Sequence record: NC_019500.1
Source: Escherichia phage Bp7
Direction: 5' to 3' (one strand)
Length of the DNA: 64,000 nucleotides
Of this stretch, positions 57,421 through 64,000 are shown in pieces (within the stretch, counting starts at the first letter, position 1; every line of letters starts with the position of its first letter). The notes under the pieces were generated by a model. It made no database searches. It was not told where the DNA came from and saw only the letters and a list, made by a program, of their open reading frames with translations. The translations under genes and the position numbers were made by a program.

Positions 57421-58052
57421 ATATAGTTTATAAAATGACTTGGCTTAATCGTCAGGCTAATAATATTAAGCCGTTTTCGTACATAGGTTCTAAAACTAAT
57501 TGTACTTTTGAAAATGGCGTGATTATTGACTGTAAAGGTAAAGAGTATTGGACCTCTTGCGAGCAATCAAGATTTAAAGAGGCCATCGAAGAAGAAAAAC
57601 CTATTGTTGAAATTTTGGCTATAACGCCATTTGATATTGTTATTAATATTGAACGTTCAGAACAATTGGAAGTTCAAGCTAGAGATAATGATGATTATTT
57701 TAATTTGGTTTATGCCGGTGGCGGATTTGGAGTCTTTGGATGCACTCACCCAGCCAAACGTCCTGAAGTTAGAGCCCATATGAAAGCTGCTAACTATATG
57801 AATCAACCCGATTACCGTCCTTGGAAAACTTCTAGAGCAAACCCTTTAGATTGGATGCTTAGTGATATTGCTTATACTAATTATTGTATAATTAATTCTA
57901 GTGGAAGAGCTTGTGGATGGAGGCGTCTCATTAACTCTGGTATAAATGTTAGTGAAACTACATCAAAGAGTATGATTAAACAATTTAATGAGGGTTGGGT
58001 TCCTAATGATGACCCTGAATTCATTAAGTTAAAAATGCTTTATTCGAAGTGA
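57417..58052 (+). CDS. possible GIY-YIG homing endonuclease, SegG-like by position (between 59 and 32)
   Basis: N-terminal IVYKMTWLNRQANNIKPFSYIGSKTN; TTG start overlapping the gp59 stop. Confidence 0.35.
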   Translation: MNIVYKMTWLNRQANNIKPFSYIGSKTNCTFENGVIIDCKGKEYWTSCEQSRFKEAIEEEKPIVEILAITPFDIVINIERSEQLEVQARDNDDYFNLVYAGGGFGVFGCTHPAKRPEVRAHMKAANYMNQPDYRPWKTSRANPLDWMLSDIAYTNYCIINSSGRACGWRRLINSGINVSETTSKSMIKQFNEGWVPNDDPEFIKLKMLYSK

Positions 58053-58060
58053 TATATAAT
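58036..58060 (+). promoter_or_regulatory. MotA-dependent middle promoter for gene 32
   Basis: TGCTTTA at 58036-58042, 12-bp spacer, TATAAT at 58055-58060. Confidence 0.4.
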
Positions 58061-58080
58061 TACTTCATCTTCAAAACCTA

Positions 58081-58150
58081 GTTATCAAGGTAAACGTGAT
58101 AACAACAACTGTTAATAAATTTATTAAATATATCAAATAAGGTAAATAAT
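58081..58150 (+). promoter_or_regulatory. gene 32 5' leader: hairpin plus AU-rich unstructured tract, candidate autoregulatory translational operator
   Basis: gttatca-aggtaaacg-tgataac hairpin, then ttaataaatttattaaatatatcaaataaggtaaataatATG. Confidence 0.3.
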
Positions 58151-59062
58151 ATGTCTATGTTTAAACGCCGTAATCCTGCTGAACTTGCTGCTCAACTGTC
58201 TGCAATGAAAGGTGGCTCTTCTTTCTCGTCTGATGACAAATCCGAATGGAAATTGAAAGATGACAATGGCGTAGGAACCGCAGTTATTCGATTCCTTCCT
58301 TCGAAAAACGAAGCTAATCCATCCCCATTCGTTAAGCTTGTTAACCATGGTTTTAAGAAAAATGGTCAGTGGTATATCGAATCATGTACGTCTACTCATG
58401 GTGATTTCGATTCATGTCCTGTATGTAAATACATGAACCAGAATGATACCTTTAATACTAATAATGCCGAATACAAACTGATGAAACGTAAAACTTCCTT
58501 CTGGGCTAACATCCTTGTTATTAAGGATAGTGCAGTGCCTGCTAACGAAGGTAAAGTGTTTAAATTCCGTTTCGGTCAGAAAATTATGGATAAAATCAAC
58601 CAGATGGTTGAAGTTGATACTGATATTGGTGAAGTGCCGGTTGACGTAACATGTCCGTTTGATGGTGCGAACTTCGTACTGAAATCTAAGAAAGTTGGCG
58701 ACTTCAAAAACTACGACGATTCCAAATTCATGGGTCAGTCTGAAATTCCTAACATCAATGATGAAGCTTACCAAGCTAAATTGATGGAAGAAATGCACGA
58801 CCTTTCTAAACTGCTCGATTTCAAATCATTCGAAACTAACGAAGCCAAGTTTAAGAAAGTTGTTGGTACAGCTGCTCTTGGTGGTGCTGCCGCTAAAGCT
58901 TCTGCTGCCGCTGATAAGATTGGTGATGACCTGGACGCATTCAGTGCAGACCTTGATGCATATGATTCCAAACCGTCTACACCTGCTCGTTCCACCACTC
59001 CTGAGCCGTCAGTAAGTCCTTCTGATGACGATGGTCTGGACGACCTGTTAGCTGGTCTATAA
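58151..59062 (+). CDS. 32: gp32 single-stranded DNA-binding protein
   Basis: 303 aa; [37 protein letters not shown], acidic C-terminal tail. Confidence 0.9.
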   Translation: MSMFKRRNPAELAAQLSAMKGGSSFSSDDKSEWKLKDDNGVGTAVIRFLPSKNEANPSPFVKLVNHGFKKNGQWYIESCTSTHGDFDSCPVCKYMNQNDTFNTNNAEYKLMKRKTSFWANILVIKDSAVPANEGKVFKFRFGQKIMDKINQMVEVDTDIGEVPVDVTCPFDGANFVLKSKKVGDFKNYDDSKFMGQSEIPNINDEAYQAKLMEEMHDLSKLLDFKSFETNEAKFKKVVGTAALGGAAAKASAAADKIGDDLDAFSADLDAYDSKPSTPARSTTPEPSVSPSDDDGLDDLLAGL

Positions 59063-59077
59063 GTTATTGATTTATAA

Positions 59078-59104
59078 TGGGAAGACTTCGGTCTTCCCTT
59101 TTTG
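59078..59104 (+). terminator. intrinsic terminator with UUCG tetraloop after gene 32
   Basis: gggaagacTTCGgtcttccc followed by tttttgg. Confidence 0.6.
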
Positions 59105-59113
59105 GCATTTAAT

Positions 59114-59142
59114 GGTTTACAATGCCTTTAAACATGATACTA
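59114..59142 (+). promoter_or_regulatory. early promoter cassette
   Basis: gtttac, 17 bp, tgaTACTAT, tagaccttatcaact. Confidence 0.45.
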
Positions 59143-59173
59143 TAGACCTTATCAACTACATGAGGAAATAAAA

Positions 59174-59536
59174 ATGGAAACTGGTAAAACTTACGCATTA
59201 GACCCTTCTTCTAAAAGAAAATTCATTGAGGGTAGTCCTGACGATAACTCACGTATGGTCAAACTGATGGAACAACACGGTGGTTCCTTTAAAGTCCTGG
59301 ATATGTGTTATATCGACGGTGATTATTTTGTTGAAAAAGTTGAAATGAAAGACGGTACTATCTTAGATAGCCTAGATAATGCTGATGAATATTTTGAACT
59401 CGCTGAATGGGAATTCAAACACTTCATAGAAGTAGATGATACCCCTGTAATAGATATCCAAACCATTCATGTACAAGTCAATCATAAAAATGCGGCAGAA
59501 GTTGTTGCCTTGATTAAAGCTACCTTTGGAATTTAA
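59174..59536 (+). CDS. hypothetical protein
   Basis: 120-aa ORF. Confidence 0.35.
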   Translation: METGKTYALDPSSKRKFIEGSPDDNSRMVKLMEQHGGSFKVLDMCYIDGDYFVEKVEMKDGTILDSLDNADEYFELAEWEFKHFIEVDDTPVIDIQTIHVQVNHKNAAEVVALIKATFGI

Positions 59537-59537
59537 C

Positions 59538-59798
59538 ATGACTAAAGATGATTTCCTGGATGCAGTAGAAAAAGCCAGCGAACAATTCGAAGTTATGGGT
59601 GTACGAGTCCATAAAGACAGAAATTACGGGCTCGATATCCAAACGTATTCATTATGGCTTGTAGGTGAACATAGTCTTGTAACCACCTTAGTTATGGGTG
59701 TTGATGCACAACCTTTACTGGTTAAATTCAGAAGTATGGAAAAAGCTACCAAAGAAATGATTAAACTTGGTAAATGGCTCGATAAAATTCAAAAATAA
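59538..59798 (+). CDS. hypothetical protein
   Basis: ORF starting MTKDDFLDAV. Confidence 0.35.
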   Translation: MTKDDFLDAVEKASEQFEVMGVRVHKDRNYGLDIQTYSLWLVGEHSLVTTLVMGVDAQPLLVKFRSMEKATKEMIKLGKWLDKIQK

Positions 59799-59800
59799 GC

Positions 59801-59829
59801 GTTTACATCTGCTTTAAACATGATACTAT
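59801..59829 (+). promoter_or_regulatory. early promoter cassette
   Basis: gtttac, 17 bp, tgaTACTAT, tagacctatcaact. Confidence 0.45.
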
Positions 59830-59861
59830 AGACCTATCAACTAATGAGTGAGGAAAATAAA

Positions 59862-60089
59862 ATGGCTAAGGTTAATATTGATATCGTTGATTTTGAATAC
59901 ACTTACGAAGTTATCCGTAATCGTTATCCTTCTTTAGTTATGACCCATATTAAAGATACTCAATTCTGTAGTATGCAAATTGAAGTCCAAGGTCCTCTTG
60001 AAGACCTTACCCGCTTTATGGCTGACGAGTATTGTGACGGTATGCACCCGGAAGACGCTAAATTTTATACGGGCTTAATTCAAAAATAA
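59862..60089 (+). CDS. hypothetical protein
   Basis: ORF starting [13 protein letters not shown]. Confidence 0.35.
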   Translation: MAKVNIDIVDFEYTYEVIRNRYPSLVMTHIKDTQFCSMQIEVQGPLEDLTRFMADEYCDGMHPEDAKFYTGLIQK

Positions 60090-60119
60090 GTTTACACCAG
60101 GCTATGGTAGTGATACTAT
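60090..60119 (+). promoter_or_regulatory. early promoter cassette
   Basis: gtttac, 18 bp, tgaTACTAT flanked by aggctat / atagcct. Confidence 0.45.
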
Positions 60120-60144
60120 AGCCTTATCAACTAAGGAGAATAAA

Positions 60145-61830
<1,686 letters not shown>

Positions 61831-61891
61831 AAATTCAAATAATCTGTACTCTGTTTTTGGTTATTATGGTTGGGCTGAATTTGGTGCTATA

Positions 61892-62185
61892 ATGAGAGTT
61901 TGCAGAGTTGTTAACAAGTATAAAGAAGACTTTGATGTCAATATCCAACGTGGAACTATGTGGGGTAATCCATTTAAAGTTGGAACCCGCGAGGAAAACA
62001 TCAAGAACTTTAAAGAATACTTTATTGCTAAAATAAAATCGGGCGAAATTAAAAGAGAACATCTTGAAACCCTTAGAGGTATGCGTATAGCGTGTACCTG
62101 TAAACCTAAGGACTGTCATGGGGATGTGATAGCCCTGGTTGTTAACAAACTTTTCAAAGACACGTTCTCATTAGAAGACCTATAA
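61892..62185 (+). CDS. DUF4326-like protein
   Basis: WGNPF ... LRGMRIACTCKPKDCHGDV pattern. Confidence 0.4.
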   Translation: MRVCRVVNKYKEDFDVNIQRGTMWGNPFKVGTREENIKNFKEYFIAKIKSGEIKREHLETLRGMRIACTCKPKDCHGDVIALVVNKLFKDTFSLEDL

Positions 62186-62251
62186 ATATCAGTCCATGCT
62201 TAACAGGTTCTATGATAGAATAATTATAGAACCTAACATATTGAGGAAATT

Positions 62252-64000
62252 ATGCAAGTACAAAAAAGTAGTGGTGTATCCCAAGATTTTGACGCACAAA
62301 AAATTATTAAAGTTCTGACTTGGGGCTGTGAAGGAACCCAAATCGACCCCTATGAATTATACGAAGAAATCAAATCCCATCTTCGTGACGGTATGACTAC
62401 CAAAGATATCCAAAATCTGACTGTTAAGGTAGCAGCCAACCTTATCTCGGTTGAAGAGCCTGATTACCAATATGTTGCTGCAAAAGAATTGATGTTTGCA
62501 CTGCGTAAAGAAGTTTATGGGCAGTTCGAACCACGTAGCTTTATCGACCATATTTCCTATTGTGTTAACGAAGGTAAATATGACCCTGAATTGTTGTCTC
62601 GATATTCTGCAGAAGAAATTACTTTCTTAGAATCTCATATAAAGCATGAACGCGATTTCGAATTGACTTATGCTGGTGCGATGCAGCTTAAAGAGAAATA
62701 TCTGGTTAAAGATAAAACAACCGGTAAAATCTACGAAACCCCTCAGTTCGCTATCATGTGTATTGGTATGGCCTTACACCAAGACGAGCCAGGTAATCGT
62801 TTAGCACATATTATTCGTTTTTATGATGCTGTAAGTACCCGTCAGGTTTCATTACCAACTCCTATTATGGCTGGAGCACGTACACCAACCCGTCAATTTA
62901 GTTCTTGTGTGGTTATTGAAGCAGGCGACTCACTGAAATCTATTAACAAAACTGCTAACTCAATAATTGAATACATTTCTAAACGTGCCGGTATTGGTAT
63001 CAACGTTGGTATGATTCGTGCTGAAGGTTCTCGTATTGGCATGGGCGAAGTCAAGCATACCGGTGTTATTCCATTCTGGAAACATTTCCAGACTGCTGTT
63101 AAATCATGTTCACAAGGTGGAATCCGTGGCGGCGCTGCTACTGCTTATTATCCTATTTGGCATTTGGAAGTTGAAAATCTGCTCGTTCTGAAAAACAACA
63201 AAGGTGTCGATGAGAACCGTATTCGCCATATGGACTACGGAATCCAGATGAACGACCTTATGATGGAACGTTTCGGTAAAAATGATTACATCACGTTGTT
63301 TAGTCCTCATGAAATGGGTGGTGAGCTTTACTATTCTTATTTCGAAGACCAAGACCGTTTCCGTGAATTGTATGAAGCCGCAGAAAAAGACCCTAGTATT
63401 CGTAAGAAACGTATTAAGGCACGCGACCTTTTCGAATTGTTCATGACTGAACGTTCAGGCACTGCACGAATTTATCCTCAGTTCGTTGATAACACTAACA
63501 ACTTCACACCATTTATTCGTGAAAAAGCTCCTATTCGTCAGAGCAACTTGTGTTGTGAAATTGCTATCCCGACTACTGACGTGAATAGTCCTGACGCTGA
63601 AATTGGTTTGTGTACGTTGTCTGCATTCGTATTGGATAACTTCGATTGGCAGGACCAAGACAAAATCAACGAGCTGGCTGAAGTACAAGTACGTGCACTT
63701 GATAACCTGTTGGACTATCAAGATTATCCTGTTCCTGAAGCTCTGAAGGCTAAGAAACGTCGTAACCTGGGTGTTGGTGTTACGAACTACGCCGCTTGGT
63801 TAGCAAGCAACTTTGCTTCTTATGAAGACGCTAACGATTTAACTCATGAATTGTTTGAGAGATTACAATATGGACTTATCCGAGCATCCATCAAGCTGGC
63901 CGAAGAAAAAGGACATTGCGAGTATTATTCAGACACTAAATGGTCTCGAGGCGAATTACCTATCGACTGGTACAATAAAAAGATTGACCAAATCGCAGCC
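62252..64000 (+). CDS. nrdA: NrdA aerobic ribonucleotide reductase large subunit (5' part; continues beyond the window)
   Basis: ATP-cone N-terminus VQKSSGVSQDFDAQKI; open frame to the window end. Confidence 0.9.
   Translation, partial: MQVQKSSGVSQDFDAQKIIKVLTWGCEGTQIDPYELYEEIKSHLRDGMTTKDIQNLTVKVAANLISVEEPDYQYVAAKELMFALRKEVYGQFEPRSFIDHISYCVNEGKYDPELLSRYSAEEITFLESHIKHERDFELTYAGAMQLKEKYLVKDKTTGKIYETPQFAIMCIGMALHQDEPGNRLAHIIRFYDAVSTRQVSLPTPIMAGARTPTRQFSSCVVIEAGDSLKSINKTANSIIEYISKRAGIGINVGMIRAEGSRIGMGEVKHTGVIPFWKHFQTAVKSCSQGGIRGGAATAYYPIWHLEVENLLVLKNNKGVDENRIRHMDYGIQMNDLMMERFGKNDYITLFSPHEMGGELYYSYFEDQDRFRELYEAAEKDPSIRKKRIKARDLFELFMTERSGTARIYPQFVDNTNNFTPFIREKAPIRQSNLCCEIAIPTTDVNSPDAEIGLCTLSAFVLDNFDWQDQDKINELAEVQVRALDNLLDYQDYPVPEALKAKKRRNLGVGVTNYAAWLASNFASYEDANDLTHELFERLQYGLIRASIKLAEEKGHCEYYSDTKWSRGELPIDWYNKKIDQIAA

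Noticed and set aside
16423-60119. Repeated cassette sequences as a possible CRISPR array or terminal repeats
   Set aside because: Copies are dispersed over 50 kb with variable spacing, each upstream of a gene and containing promoter elements; no regular repeat-spacer periodicity.

Overview
This window is a contiguous block from a T4-like (T-even, Tevenvirinae) myovirus, largely co-linear with T4 when read in the early-transcription direction. All protein identifications rest on reading the supplied ORF translations and recalling T4 proteins and motifs; no database search was run. Plus strand: the 3' end of gene 46 (reading frame broken at several points), an inserted HNH endonuclease (minus strand), 45.2-like, rpbA, 45, an inserted GIY-YIG endonuclease, 44, 62, regA, 43, imm-like, then an accessory island (lipoprotein, fused nucleotidyltransferase-kinase, HAD phosphatase, TMPK-like kinase) followed by a gene-42-like hydroxymethylase and an unknown 297-aa protein where T4 has beta-gt. 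Then uvsX, 40, 41, an inserted Arr-like ORF, dmd, sp, 61, a second HNH endonuclease, 56, soc, two ModA/ModB-type ADP-ribosyltransferases, dda, dexA, a third endonuclease (GIY-YIG), a single fused topoisomerase 39(+60) gene, rIIA, rIIB, ndd, 52, motA (split by a frameshift), arn-like and asiA. Minus strand 44.5-55.2 kb: holin t and tail-fibre genes 38, 37, 36, 35, 34, with a T2-type glycine-rich gp38 adhesin. Plus strand again: rnh, dsbA, 33, 59, a segG-like ORF, 32, four small ORFs, frd, intronless td, a DUF4326-like ORF and the 5' 1.75 kb of nrdA. Non-coding signal is dominated by a family of about 20 near-identical early-promoter cassettes (GTTTAC, 17-18 bp, TGnTACTAT/TATAAT, then CCTATCAACT and a GAGGA ribosome-binding site), several with inverted repeats that could sequester the ribosome-binding site, plus UUCG-tetraloop terminators, three MotA-box middle promoters and a few TATAAATA late promoters. 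The best candidate for an undescribed system is the sugar-activation island at 8.3-13.4 kb, which I infer to be a DNA hypermodification pathway. No tRNA, rRNA, CRISPR array or intron was recognised.
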